DNA from: Candidatus Latescibacterota bacterium
GTDB lineage: Bacteria; Latescibacterota; UBA2968; GCA-2709665
DNA length: 64,000 bases
Direction: 5' to 3'
Assembly: GCA_965205485.1 (NCBI GenBank)
Contig: OZ242180.1
Span: 192,001 to 256,000 of the forward strand
Under the pieces are notes generated by a model that saw only the letters and a program-made list of their open reading frames with translations, had not been told where the DNA came from and did not search any database. Of this stretch, positions 47,158 through 57,663 are shown piece after piece; within the stretch, counting starts at the first letter, position 1, and every line of letters starts with the position of its first letter. The position numbers and the translations under genes are program-made.

Positions 47158-50100
47158 ATGCCCATGGAAACCTTCCATCCCATTGTCCGGGAGTGGTTTA
47201 ATCAGAATTTCAACGGCCCGTCCGAGATTCAGTCGCTGGCCTGGCCCGAAATCGCGAACAGGCGGAATGTGCTCCTGTCCGCGCCCACGGGATCCGGGAA
47301 AACGCTCGCCGCATTTCTGGCGGTCCTGAACGACCTGTTCGAGCGGCGTCTCAACGGTACCCTGGAAGACCGGACCCAGGTCGTCTACGTATCGCCGCTC
47401 AAGGCGCTGAGCAACGATATCCATCGCAATCTGCAGCTTCCGCTGAAGGGCATCAAGGCGCTTCTGAAAGAAAACGGCTGCCCCGATGCCGACGTACGAG
47501 CGATGGTCCGTACGGGCGACACGCCTGGTACCGAACGGGCAAAGATGGTCAGGACGCCCCCACACATCCTGGTGACCACGCCCGAATCCCTCTACCTTCT
47601 CCTGACGAGCAACGGCGGCCGGGAAATGCTGAGCGACGCCGGCACCCTGATCGTGGATGAAATCCACGCGGTCGCCGGAAACAAACGCGGCGCGCACCTG
47701 TCGATCTCCATGGAACGACTGGCGCGGCTGACCCGGAAACCGCTGCACCGGATCGGCATCTCAGCCACACAGAAGCCCATCGATCGGATGGCGCACTTTC
47801 TCACCGGAGGCGCGGAATCCTGCGAAGTCCTGAATATCGGTCACCGGCGCGAACTGGAACTCCGGATCGAACTGCCCGAGTCCCCGCTCACGGCGGTGAT
47901 GGCCAATGAGGTCTGGGAAGAGATCCATCAGTCCCTGGAAGATGCCGTCTGCCTACATCAGACCACTCTGATCTTCGTACCCACACGCGCGATGACCGAA
48001 CGCCTGTCCCACCATCTGTCCGAACGGCTGGGCCCGGAAGTCGTCTCGGCGCACCACGGGAGCATGTCGCGCGAAAAGCGCCAGGACGCGGAGACGAGGC
48101 TGAAGGCAGGCACGCTCAGGGCACTGGTGGCCACGGGATCTCTGGAACTGGGGATCGACGTGGGCGCCATCGATCTGGTCATTCAGATTGGATCTCCCAA
48201 GTCCATCGCCACGCTGCTTCAGCGCGTGGGCCGGTCCGGCCACACGCTGGAAGGAACGCCCAGAGGGAAGTTGTTTCCCCTCACGAAAGACGAACTGGTG
48301 GAAGCCGTAGCGCTGCTGGACAGCGTCCGCCGGGGCGAACTGGACGCCCTTCCCTTTCCTGAGAAACCGCTGGACGTGCTTGCCCAGCAGATCGTTGCGG
48401 AAGTCTCCTGCGAGGAAGACACGGCGGACGCGCTCTACGACGTCGTCCGCAAATCGTTTATATATAGGGACTTGAGCAAGAAAGAGTTCAACGGCGTCGT
48501 CCAGATGCTGGTCGAAGGGTTTACATTCCGGCGCGGAACGCGGCGGTCCTACCTGCACTTCAACCCGGTCACGCGCTCGTTGAAGGCCAGGAAAGGCGCA
48601 CGTCTCAACGCGACCGTCTCCGGAGGAACCATCCCCGACCAGTTCGATTACGACGTGCGCCTCGAACCGTCGGGCGTCCAGATCGGATCCGTCCACGAGG
48701 ACTTCGCCGTCGAGAGCCTGCCGGGAGACATCTTCCAGCTGGGCACGGCGTCGTGGCGGATCCTCAAAGTGGAAACCGGAAAGGTGCGCGTCGAAGACGC
48801 CGACGGACTGCCTCCCACGATGCCGTTCTGGATCGGCGAAGCGCCGGGCAGGTCCGCCGAACTTTCAACAGCGGTCTCCCGCGTCCGGGAAGAAGTGTCC
48901 ATGCGGCTGAACCTGGACGAACTGGATGACAACGGTTCGGAAGAATGGAAGCGGGACGCCGTCACGTGGCTGACGGACGACGTCGGCGCCAGCGCCACGG
49001 CAGCCGATCAGGTGGTCACGTACCTGGGTGCCACGAAAGCATCTCTGGACCTGGTGCCCTCCCAGAGTCACGTTGTGCTCGAACGTTTCTTCGATGAGGT
49101 GGGAGACCAGCACCTTGTCATTCATTCGGTCTTCGGCAACCGGTTGAACCGCGCGTGGGGGCTCGCGCTGCGGAAACGATTCTGCCGCAAGTTCAACTTC
49201 GAACTCCAGGCGGCGGCCAACGAGGAGAGCCTCGTGCTTTCCCTCGGTCCCACCCACAGTTTTCCTCTCAAGGAAGTGGTCGGCTACCTGAACGACCGGA
49301 CGGTTCGCGATGTCCTCGTACAGGCCCTGCTGGATGCGCCGATGTTTCAGGCGCGATGGCGCTGGAACGCCTCGACCGCCCTGGCCGTGCTCAGGCGAAG
49401 GGGCGGTGAAAGGGTGCCGCCTCAGATTCAGCGTTCCGATGCCGAAGACCTGCTCGCTCTGGTCTTCCCCGATCAGCTGGCCTGCCTCGAAAACATCCCG
49501 GGCGACCGCGAGGTGCCGGACCATCCCCTCGTATATCAGACCATTCACGACTGCCTCCACGAGGCGATGGACGTTGAGGCGCTCGAACGTCTTCTCCAGC
49601 GGATCCACACCGGTGAAATTGACGTGTCGGCCCGCGACCTGCGCGAGCCTTCTCCCATGTCCGAAGGCATCCTCAACGCGAGGCCCTATGCATTTCTGGA
49701 TGATGCGCCTCTGGAGGAAAGGCGGGTACAGGCCGTCAGAACACGCAGTTGGCTCGAGCCCGAAGACGCCCGGAAGCTGGGCAAGCTCGAGAAGGGCGCG
49801 ATCGAGGCGGTACAGGCGGAGGCATGGCCCGCGGTTACGGACGCGGACGAGTTGTACGACGTCCTGGTGATGCATGGTTTCCTGACCGACGCGGAAGTGA
49901 TGGAAAGCGGAGAAGGGACGTGGGTCCCGCTTCTGGGGTCGCTGGTCGAATCGGGCCAGGCGGCGCCCGTCGAGCCCAAGAACGGCCCGAAACTATGGAT
50001 TGCCGTTGAACGGATCCCCCAGTTCCAGGTCCTGTACAAGGATGCCGTCGGGCGCATCGAGACGGCGGTACCGGACTCCTTCCGTGCATTCCCGTCGGAG

Positions 50101-51489
50101 CAACCGGAAGCGGTACTCACGGACGTTATCAGGGGCAGGATCGAGCTGCTGGGGCCTGCGACCGCGTCAGGAATCGCAGCGGATATGGGCCTGCCCAGCA
50201 ACAGGATCGACCAGGCGCTCTACGCCTTGGAAGCCGAAGGTTTCGCGATCAGAGGCCACTTCTCGCCGGACCTGCCTTCCGATGCGGAAACGGAATGGTG
50301 CGAACGGCGCCTGCTCGCGCGCATCCACAGATATACGCTTGAAAAGCTGCGGAGAGCGATCAAGCCCATTTCCTCATCGGACTATGTGCGGTTCCTGCTC
50401 CACTGGCACAGCCTGACGGAGGGCACCCGGAAGGAAGGTCCCGAGGCGCTCAATGAGGTTCTGGACCAACTTGACGGCTTCTCCTGTCCGGCCATCGCGT
50501 GGGAAAGCGACGTGCTGCCTTCGCGGATCAAGGATTACGACCATATCTGGCTGGATACCAGCTGTCTGTCCGGGAAGACCATGTGGGGCCGTTATCTCAG
50601 GACACAAAGCGTCAGGGCCGGAAACACACCCATCCGCACGACGCCGATCACCCTGGTCAACCGGACGACTTTCGCGGCCCGGTCGTTCCGCCCGCCGGAC
50701 GCCTGCGCGCCGGTCCTGACCCCGTCCGCGCAACGGGTGCTCGAATGTCTGGAAGCGGGCGGCGCGCTGTTTTACCACGACATTCTTTCCCGGTCGAAGA
50801 TGCTGAAGAGCGAGATCGAGAGCGCTATCGCCGAACTGGTGGCGGCGGGAATGCTGACGTGCGACAGTTTCGCCGGGTTACGCGCCCTTCTGATTCCCGA
50901 AAAATTCAAGGTCCGGTCCCGGCGGAATCGAGGGCCGGTCTTCGGCATGGAGCAGGCAGGCCGGTGGTCCCGGATCGAGCCCGAACTCGACGATCAGGCC
51001 GATATCGAGCAATGCGCCAGGATACTGCTGAAACGGTACGGGGTTGTGTTCAGACGGGTACTGGCCAGGGAAAACGGCATCCCGCCCTGGCGCGATCTGG
51101 TGCGGGTATTGAGGCGGATGGAGGACCGCGGCGAGGTGCGGGGCGGCCGATTTGTGGAGAGATGGGGAGAGCAGTACGCGCTCCCGGAGGCGATTACCGT
51201 CATCCGGTCGTTGAAGCGGGAAAAGAAACAGGGCGAACTCGTATCAATCAGCGCCTGCGATCCCGTCAATCTGGTCGGGATCGTCACGCCGGGCAAACGT
51301 ATACCCGCGACTCCCGGAAACCGGATCCTCTATCGCGACGGCGAACCCGTTGCGCGGTACGAAGGAAAATCCGTTCATTTCGAGAAGAAACCGAACGCGG
51401 AAACGGCCTGGGCGATGGAAAAGAGTCTGATTCGGAAGCACGTTCCGCCCAAGCTCAGGGAATATCTGGGAAGAATCGCGGTTCCCTGA
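47158..51489 (+). CDS. lhr: Lhr family ATP-dependent DEAD/DEAH helicase with C-terminal winged-helix region
   Basis: APTGSGKT, SPLKAL, TTPES, DEIH, SAT, HHGS, SLELGID, QRVGRSGH, LDVLAQQI and GEVRGGRFV motifs. Confidence 0.92.
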   Translation: MPMETFHPIVREWFNQNFNGPSEIQSLAWPEIANRRNVLLSAPTGSGKTLAAFLAVLNDLFERRLNGTLEDRTQVVYVSPLKALSNDIHRNLQLPLKGIKALLKENGCPDADVRAMVRTGDTPGTERAKMVRTPPHILVTTPESLYLLLTSNGGREMLSDAGTLIVDEIHAVAGNKRGAHLSISMERLARLTRKPLHRIGISATQKPIDRMAHFLTGGAESCEVLNIGHRRELELRIELPESPLTAVMANEVWEEIHQSLEDAVCLHQTTLIFVPTRAMTERLSHHLSERLGPEVVSAHHGSMSREKRQDAETRLKAGTLRALVATGSLELGIDVGAIDLVIQIGSPKSIATLLQRVGRSGHTLEGTPRGKLFPLTKDELVEAVALLDSVRRGELDALPFPEKPLDVLAQQIVAEVSCEEDTADALYDVVRKSFIYRDLSKKEFNGVVQMLVEGFTFRRGTRRSYLHFNPVTRSLKARKGARLNATVSGGTIPDQFDYDVRLEPSGVQIGSVHEDFAVESLPGDIFQLGTASWRILKVETGKVRVEDADGLPPTMPFWIGEAPGRSAELSTAVSRVREEVSMRLNLDELDDNGSEEWKRDAVTWLTDDVGASATAADQVVTYLGATKASLDLVPSQSHVVLERFFDEVGDQHLVIHSVFGNRLNRAWGLALRKRFCRKFNFELQAAANEESLVLSLGPTHSFPLKEVVGYLNDRTVRDVLVQALLDAPMFQARWRWNASTALAVLRRRGGERVPPQIQRSDAEDLLALVFPDQLACLENIPGDREVPDHPLVYQTIHDCLHEAMDVEALERLLQRIHTGEIDVSARDLREPSPMSEGILNARPYAFLDDAPLEERRVQAVRTRSWLEPEDARKLGKLEKGAIEAVQAEAWPAVTDADELYDVLVMHGFLTDAEVMESGEGTWVPLLGSLVESGQAAPVEPKNGPKLWIAVERIPQFQVLYKDAVGRIETAVPDSFRAFPSEQPEAVLTDVIRGRIELLGPATASGIAADMGLPSNRIDQALYALEAEGFAIRGHFSPDLPSDAETEWCERRLLARIHRYTLEKLRRAIKPISSSDYVRFLLHWHSLTEGTRKEGPEALNEVLDQLDGFSCPAIAWESDVLPSRIKDYDHIWLDTSCLSGKTMWGRYLRTQSVRAGNTPIRTTPITLVNRTTFAARSFRPPDACAPVLTPSAQRVLECLEAGGALFYHDILSRSKMLKSEIESAIAELVAAGMLTCDSFAGLRALLIPEKFKVRSRRNRGPVFGMEQAGRWSRIEPELDDQADIEQCARILLKRYGVVFRRVLARENGIPPWRDLVRVLRRMEDRGEVRGGRFVERWGEQYALPEAITVIRSLKREKKQGELVSISACDPVNLVGIVTPGKRIPATPGNRILYRDGEPVARYEGKSVHFEKKPNAETAWAMEKSLIRKHVPPKLREYLGRIAVP

Positions 51490-51668
51490 GCGCGTTGCCG
51501 GGCGGCGTTGTCTATATTTCGATTTTCCGCATCATGGCCTCGAGCGAATCGTTATTTCAGATCCGTCCCGAGGGCAGATTGCAAAAATACCGATTTCTAC
51601 GGGCGGAAAACGATAAATCTCTTATATTAAGAAAAATAAGTGTAGCTATTATTGAATCATGGGCGTAA

Positions 51669-52244
51669 ATGCGAAACCGTAAACCGGTGGTGGACCTCGT
51701 TCATCTAAAAGACTGCGTGCGGCCGGCCACGGAGCAGGAAGTGCGTGAGCGTTCGGCCCGCGGTCGCGAATGGAAAAGGCTTATAGAGCAGGGGATGTGC
51801 CATACCTGCCACTGGATCGCCGGTCGAGAAGCAACGTCGAATTCGGACCGCGCACTGTTGTTCGAAGACGAACGGTGTTTCGCGTTCCTCGAGCAATACC
51901 CGCGCGGCCTTGGCCACACGATCCTGATCGCCAAACCCCACGTTCCGGACATCGCCGGTCTTTCGGACGAATTCGGATCGGAGTTGATGGCGGTCATGCT
52001 TCGACTGACCCGTGCGCTTAAAACGGTTACCGCCTGCGACAAAGTCTATCAGGTCACGATGTGTTCAGGACCGCTCTCCCACCTTCACTTTCAATTGATA
52101 CCGAGGCTCCCCGGCGAACAGGTCGGCGGCGGCGTCTTCTCGAGCACGCGCAAATATCTCGCTTCTGCCGAACCATTGGCGAGTGCGATCAGGGCGGAAC
52201 TCGCCCGCGCGCAGAACAGGGACGACAGCATGGCGCCCGTATAA
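51669..52244 (+). CDS. HIT family protein
   Basis: CxxC, GHTILIAKPH and HLHFQLIPR (HxHxQ variant). Confidence 0.85.
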   Translation: MRNRKPVVDLVHLKDCVRPATEQEVRERSARGREWKRLIEQGMCHTCHWIAGREATSNSDRALLFEDERCFAFLEQYPRGLGHTILIAKPHVPDIAGLSDEFGSELMAVMLRLTRALKTVTACDKVYQVTMCSGPLSHLHFQLIPRLPGEQVGGGVFSSTRKYLASAEPLASAIRAELARAQNRDDSMAPV

Positions 52245-52396
52245 CCCGCCGCCGTTACGGCAGGGACTTTTGGAAATAGACCGGCGGCTGACGTTCCCCG
52301 TGGCCGGAGACCCCAGGCTCCCGAGATCATCCCCATAGACTCTCATCCACCGTACACAAGCCGCAAACCTGAATGTCAAACGCAAGGAGTCAGTTT

Positions 52397-55279
52397 ATGT
52401 CATCCGCAAGAACGGTACTCGCCCTGCTTCTGTGCTGCGTCACATCCGCCTTCGCCCAGGGCGCAGGTTCCATCAAGGGACAGATTACCGGCGTAGACGG
52501 CGACCCCCTGTTCGGAGCCAACGTCGTTGTCCAGGGATCCGTACTATCCGCTCCCATGAACGTGACCTCCGACGAGAACGGTATGTACGTGGCTGCGGGC
52601 CTTCCCGACGGCGTCTATCAGGTCTCGGCATCCTTTGTCGGATACGAGACGGTAACCCGGAGCAACGTCAGGATATCCGGCGGCGGCGAGATCAACCTCG
52701 ACTTCACCCTGGACGTCGAGGTTCTTTACGGAGACCAGATCATCGTCTCCGCGTCCCGACGGCGGGAGAAAGTGCTGGATGCTCCCGCGTCGGTCGCGGT
52801 TGTCGGGACCGATGACATTCAGACTCAACGCGGATTGAGCGCCGCGGACTACATCGTGGGGCTTGCGGGCGTGGACAACGCGCAGACCGGCCTGTTCCAG
52901 GCCAACACCGTGGCTCGCGGCTTCAACAACGTCTTCTCCGGAACCCTGCTTACCCTGGTGGACAACCGCATTACACGTGTGCCTTCTCTCCGGTTCAACG
53001 CCCATCACTTCATTCCCATTACGAACCACGACGTCGACCGTGTGGAGGTCGTCCTGGGTCCGGGATCGGCCCTTTATGGCCCAAACAGCGCAAACGGCGT
53101 GATGCATATCATCACCAGATCGCCCTTCGGCTCTGAAGGCACGTCCGTCAGCGTGATGGGTGGTGAACGCGACATTCGAAAGATCTCGTTCCGGCACGCC
53201 GCAACAACGGACAAAGTAGGCGTCAAACTTTCCGGCCAGTACTTTTCCGGAACGGACTGGGAATACGAAGACCCTGAAGAGGTGCGGCTGCGCGGCCGGA
53301 ATCCAAGGGACTACGACGTGAGCCGAATCAGCGGTGAATTGCGACTCGACGTCCGCCCGACCGAGGACCTCACGGCCATCTTTTCCAGCGGCTTCGCGCG
53401 GCTCAACAGTATCGAAATGACGGGCATCGGCGCGGGCCAGGCCGATGGGTGGACCAACTACTCTTTCCAGGGTCGCCTGCTCTTCAAGGACGTCTTCCTG
53501 CAGGCCTTCCACAACGCCAGCGACGCCAAGGACACCAAGCTTCTCCGTACAAACGACCCCATTGTGGACACGTCCTCCTTTACTGTCCTTCAGGCCCAGC
53601 ATAGCCTGAGCGTGGAAGACCGCCACCGGATCACTTATGGGGTGGACGGCCTGTTCACGCGCCCGAATACCGGAGGCACGATTAACGGCGCCAACGAGAC
53701 CCGCGACAACGTCGACGAATTCGGAGCTTACGTGCAGGGCGAGATCAGCCTGAACGAACAGATTACCGTATTAGGTGCCGCACGGTTGGACGACCATAAC
53801 CACGTCGACGAGCGCGTCTTCTCTCCCCGCGGCGCCGTTGTCTTCAAACCGGATCCGCTTCAGACCCTCCGGCTGACGTACAACAGGGCGTTCAGTACGC
53901 CATCCACGGGCAACTTCTTCCTGGACATCGTCCAGGCCAGGGACGCCTTCGGTACGGGTCGGGCTTTTCAACCGGTCCTGGGATTCAGCCCCAGTTTCGA
54001 CATCCGCGCGCAGGGCACCGAGGATGGATTTACATGGAGCCGTGACGCCAGCGGCGTACCCACTTTCCGGTCGCCGTTCGCCCAGGTGATCGGCCTCTCG
54101 CCTTCACACCAGATCGGGCTGAACGACGCGAGATTCAGCAACGTCATGTGGGGAATCGGTCGAAGCGCGGTCATGGCCGCGGCCCTGCCATCCCTGAAGC
54201 AACTTGCAACCGCTTTGATCACGGGGCAGCTCACTGCCGCCGGGGTCCCGGCGGAACAGATTCCTGCCCTGGCGGCCGCGCAGGTGGAGGTGCTGGCTGC
54301 AGGTTTTCAGAGTATCATACCGCAGACCCTTCCCGGCCTCCGGAACACACTGAGAGTTTTGAATCCAACAACGGCAGCCTTCGACCCGCTTCCGGACCTG
54401 GGCGCTTCCACCATACGGGATATTGAGAAGATCAGGCCGACGATCACTGAGACCTATGAACTCGGGTATAAGGGAATCATCGGGAATCGCTTCGCCCTTG
54501 CTGCCGACGTGTACCGTACCCGCACCCACGACTTCGTGGCGCCGCTGCGTGTAGAAACGCCTAACGTCTTCCTGGATCCCGATGCGCTATCGGCCTCGCT
54601 TTCCGCCGCTATCGCGCAGGCCCTGCAGGACCCCTCCGCGGCGCTTCTGGCCGTCGCGCTGGGTGTCCTCGATTCGCCTGAACAGGGCGGCAACGGAAAC
54701 AACACGCCCATTGACGAAATCACCCGCCTCTTCGTAGCCGGCACAAATGACAACGGCGCCGCCTTTATCCCCTTTGGCACCGTCTCGCCCCTTCAGGCTT
54801 CCGATCCCCACGCCGTCATGGTGACTTACCGTAACTTCGGCGACGTGGAATTCTATGGCTTTGACGTCAGCTTTGCCTATTACGCCGACGAAACGTGGAC
54901 CTTCTCGGGCAGTTACTCCCACGTCAACAAGGACCTCTTCAAGAATCTCGGCGGCATTGCGGATGTCGCGCTCAACGCGCCTCGAAACAAATTCACCCTG
55001 GGCGCAACGGCCAATGTGCAGGATCGCGGGGTCCGGGTCGGGTTCCGTCTCCGCGGGCGCAGCGGATTTCCCATGAACTCCGGCGTCTACATTGGCGACG
55101 TCAAGTCCGCCCTGGTCTTCGACGCGAATATGAGGTATGAACTGCCGTCCGTGATAGAGGATGGAACCGTCGCCCTTGTCGTGAACGCTTCCAACATGTT
55201 CAACCAGAAACACCGTGAATTCGTAGGCGCCCCCGAGATCGGACGTCTCCTGTCCGTCGGACTGACGGCGGATTTCTAA
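52397..55279 (+). CDS. TonB-dependent receptor
   Basis: Signal peptide, carboxypeptidase-regulatory-like domain, VSASRR, plug RVEVVLGPGSALYG, terminal Phe. Confidence 0.93.
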   Translation: MSSARTVLALLLCCVTSAFAQGAGSIKGQITGVDGDPLFGANVVVQGSVLSAPMNVTSDENGMYVAAGLPDGVYQVSASFVGYETVTRSNVRISGGGEINLDFTLDVEVLYGDQIIVSASRRREKVLDAPASVAVVGTDDIQTQRGLSAADYIVGLAGVDNAQTGLFQANTVARGFNNVFSGTLLTLVDNRITRVPSLRFNAHHFIPITNHDVDRVEVVLGPGSALYGPNSANGVMHIITRSPFGSEGTSVSVMGGERDIRKISFRHAATTDKVGVKLSGQYFSGTDWEYEDPEEVRLRGRNPRDYDVSRISGELRLDVRPTEDLTAIFSSGFARLNSIEMTGIGAGQADGWTNYSFQGRLLFKDVFLQAFHNASDAKDTKLLRTNDPIVDTSSFTVLQAQHSLSVEDRHRITYGVDGLFTRPNTGGTINGANETRDNVDEFGAYVQGEISLNEQITVLGAARLDDHNHVDERVFSPRGAVVFKPDPLQTLRLTYNRAFSTPSTGNFFLDIVQARDAFGTGRAFQPVLGFSPSFDIRAQGTEDGFTWSRDASGVPTFRSPFAQVIGLSPSHQIGLNDARFSNVMWGIGRSAVMAAALPSLKQLATALITGQLTAAGVPAEQIPALAAAQVEVLAAGFQSIIPQTLPGLRNTLRVLNPTTAAFDPLPDLGASTIRDIEKIRPTITETYELGYKGIIGNRFALAADVYRTRTHDFVAPLRVETPNVFLDPDALSASLSAAIAQALQDPSAALLAVALGVLDSPEQGGNGNNTPIDEITRLFVAGTNDNGAAFIPFGTVSPLQASDPHAVMVTYRNFGDVEFYGFDVSFAYYADETWTFSGSYSHVNKDLFKNLGGIADVALNAPRNKFTLGATANVQDRGVRVGFRLRGRSGFPMNSGVYIGDVKSALVFDANMRYELPSVIEDGTVALVVNASNMFNQKHREFVGAPEIGRLLSVGLTADF

Positions 55280-55386
55280 GCAATGAGCTGTCAGCTTGAA
55301 CCGGCAGGCTATATGGCCGGGCGAGATCAACAGAGATATGGATGTTTCCATGCAGGGGCGACCCATGTGGTCGCCCTTGTGTTTAT

Positions 55387-55532
55387 CAGCCCGTTGAAAA
55401 AGCCCATCCGGGCTACGGCCGGCCCTTGCGGTCGAAATACTGCGTTGCGCTCCCTCGCCGAATCGAGGGATGGGACTCGGTTGCGCGCCTTGTCTTCGAC
55501 CTCGCCTGCAGAGCGACTTTTCCAACGGACTG
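55387..55532. mobile_element. MITE, class 2, copy 1
   Basis: Imperfect TIRs CAGCCCGTTGAAAAAG / CTTTTCCAACGGACTG followed by CTA. Near-identical to 58712-58871 except 14 nt shorter internally. Confidence 0.8.
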
Positions 55533-55556
55533 CTATAGGAAGGGACTCACCCGCTT

Positions 55557-56861
55557 TTGAACAATATTGACAAGAAAACCGTTGCGTCCTGGGCAATGTA
55601 CGACTTTGCCAACTCCGCCTTCACCACGCTCGTGGTCACGTTCATCTATTCTACGTACTTTGTAAAATCCCTCGCGCCGGACGAAATCGCCGGCACCACG
55701 CTCTGGTCCAGAGGCGTGACCTTTTCGGCCATCGCGGTGGCGCTGGTCTCGCCGTTGGCCGGCGCCGTGGCTGATCGGGGCGGTTTCCGCAAGGGTTTTC
55801 TCCTCCTCTCCACGATTGTTGCGGTCGTTGCCACCACCGGCCTATACACGGCATTGCCGGGCGAGGTCCTGAAGGCGCTGCTCTGGTTCGCCGCGGCGAA
55901 TTTCGCCTTTGAAATGGGCAACGTCTTCTACAATGCCTTTCTTCCGGACATCGCGCCCAGGGAATACATCGGTCGCATTTCCGGTTACGGCTGGGGGTTG
56001 GGCTATATCGGCGGACTCCTCGCAATGGCCGTTGCGATGGTCGGCTTTGTCAGTCCCGAAACACCCTGGTTCGGTTTCACGAAAGAGGCGGGCGCGAATA
56101 TCCGCGCAACCAATCTGCTGGTGGCCGCCTGGTTCGCGGTCTTCAGCATCCCGATTTTCCTCTGGGTCAAACAAAAAAAAATCCGCGCCTCACAAATGCG
56201 CGGGGTCCTGTCGTCCTCGTATCGCCAACTCGTCCGGACGTTTCGGGAGGCCGGGCAGTACCGGGAAATCCTCAAGCTGCTTATCGCCCGCCTGTTTTAC
56301 AACGACGGTCTTATCACGATCTTTTCGTTTGGCGGAATCTACGCGGCGGGGACTTTCGGTTTCAGTTTCACCGAAATCATGGTCTTCGGAATCGTCCTGA
56401 ACGTCGCCGCTGGAATCGGCGCCTTCGCGATGGGTTTCCTGGACGATCTGCTGGGCGGCAAACGCACCATTCAGGTGAGCCTCGTGTTTCTCATCCTGGC
56501 GACGCTGATGGCGGTCTTCACCCACGACAAGAACGTCTTCTGGATTTCCGGCATCATGGCAGGTTTTTTCGCGGGTCCCAACCAATCGGCCAGTCGTTCG
56601 CTTCTCGGACGGTTTGTGCCGCCTGAGAAGGAGAACGAGTTTTTCGGGCTATTCGCCTTTTCGGGCAAGGCCACGGCTTTTCTTGGACCTCTTGTCCTCG
56701 GCGAACTCACCCGCACCTTCCAGTCCCAGCGCGTCGGCGTTTCGATCGTGGCTGTATTGTTCGTAACCGGAGGCGTGATTCTGAAGTGGGTAGACGAAAA
56801 AGAGGGCATCCGCGCCGGTGGCCGTGAATCTCTCAACCCGGCAGCACCGCCCACGCGGTAA
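55557..56861 (+). CDS. MFS transporter (UMF1/Atg22-like)
   Basis: WAMYDFANSAF, YNAFLP, GRISGYGWGLGYIGG and SRSL motifs. About 12 TM segments. Confidence 0.9.
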   Translation: MNNIDKKTVASWAMYDFANSAFTTLVVTFIYSTYFVKSLAPDEIAGTTLWSRGVTFSAIAVALVSPLAGAVADRGGFRKGFLLLSTIVAVVATTGLYTALPGEVLKALLWFAAANFAFEMGNVFYNAFLPDIAPREYIGRISGYGWGLGYIGGLLAMAVAMVGFVSPETPWFGFTKEAGANIRATNLLVAAWFAVFSIPIFLWVKQKKIRASQMRGVLSSSYRQLVRTFREAGQYREILKLLIARLFYNDGLITIFSFGGIYAAGTFGFSFTEIMVFGIVLNVAAGIGAFAMGFLDDLLGGKRTIQVSLVFLILATLMAVFTHDKNVFWISGIMAGFFAGPNQSASRSLLGRFVPPEKENEFFGLFAFSGKATAFLGPLVLGELTRTFQSQRVGVSIVAVLFVTGGVILKWVDEKEGIRAGGRESLNPAAPPTR

Positions 56862-57663
56862 CGTGGGGCGGAAGCATGAACGCTCGTTTGGTCGACACCA
56901 CTTCGTTACGAAGCCTGTCAGCCAGCGTATCCAGATCCACCTCTTCTGCGGTTGCCAACCCAAACTCTTCGATGAGCGGAACCATGCTGCGAAATGCTTC
57001 CACCACGAACCGGTACCCCGTCCAGTACTCCGGCCCGCCCACCGGCGCCGAGAGATCCATTGTCGGCTCGGGCAGTCCCGCGTCTACAAACGCACCGAAC
57101 AGGTTTAACCCCATATCGGTGTGGGCGCCGGATCGTTTGAAAACAGAGATGGCCCATTCGATCAGATCATTCGCAACGGGCGTATCGGGTTGCTTGTGAT
57201 AGTAGCTGAATTCGGCCTCCTGGAAGGCCACGATCCCGCCCGGTCGCAGCCGGGTTGACAACTGCTTCAGTGCTTCGGCAGGGTCGCCCATATACATCAA
57301 CACCAGCCTGCCCATCAACACGTCGAAGTCGCTGCCCACGTCCAGCGTCCGGGCGTCGCCGTCCCTGAATTCCACGTTTGAAAAGCCTGCCGCTCGCGCC
57401 CGGTCCCGAGCCGTATCGATGATGGCCGGGTTGACGTCCACCCCCACGACGGCCCCATCGGGACCTACCAGTTCAGCCGCCGTCAGCGAGACGTCGCCGG
57501 GACCGCAGCCGATGTCGAGTACCCGCATACCGCTTACGACACCCGCTTCATTCAGAAGACGCCGGGTGATGGCGTCGTACAGCTGTGACTGGTGAATCAG
57601 CCGCTCCTCTTCCCCCTTGCTGCGCCCCATTGTATATCTCGCGTCGCTGTTACGTTCGGTCAT
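56833..57663 (-). CDS. Class I SAM-dependent methyltransferase
   Basis: GGAGG RBS, VLDIGCGPG, GRLVLMY and LRPGG motifs. Confidence 0.9.
   Translation of the reverse strand: MTERNSDARYTMGRSKGEEERLIHQSQLYDAITRRLLNEAGVVSGMRVLDIGCGPGDVSLTAAELVGPDGAVVGVDVNPAIIDTARDRARAAGFSNVEFRDGDARTLDVGSDFDVLMGRLVLMYMGDPAEALKQLSTRLRPGGIVAFQEAEFSYYHKQPDTPVANDLIEWAISVFKRSGAHTDMGLNLFGAFVDAGLPEPTMDLSAPVGGPEYWTGYRFVVEAFRSMVPLIEEFGLATAEEVDLDTLADRLRNEVVSTKRAFMLPPHVTAWAVLPG

Noticed and set aside
47158..52244. Lhr helicase + HIT protein as a novel defence system
   Set aside because: Lhr is a widespread repair helicase in core-like codon usage, and the HIT gene is separated by about 180 bp of AT-rich DNA. There is no evidence of a dedicated module.
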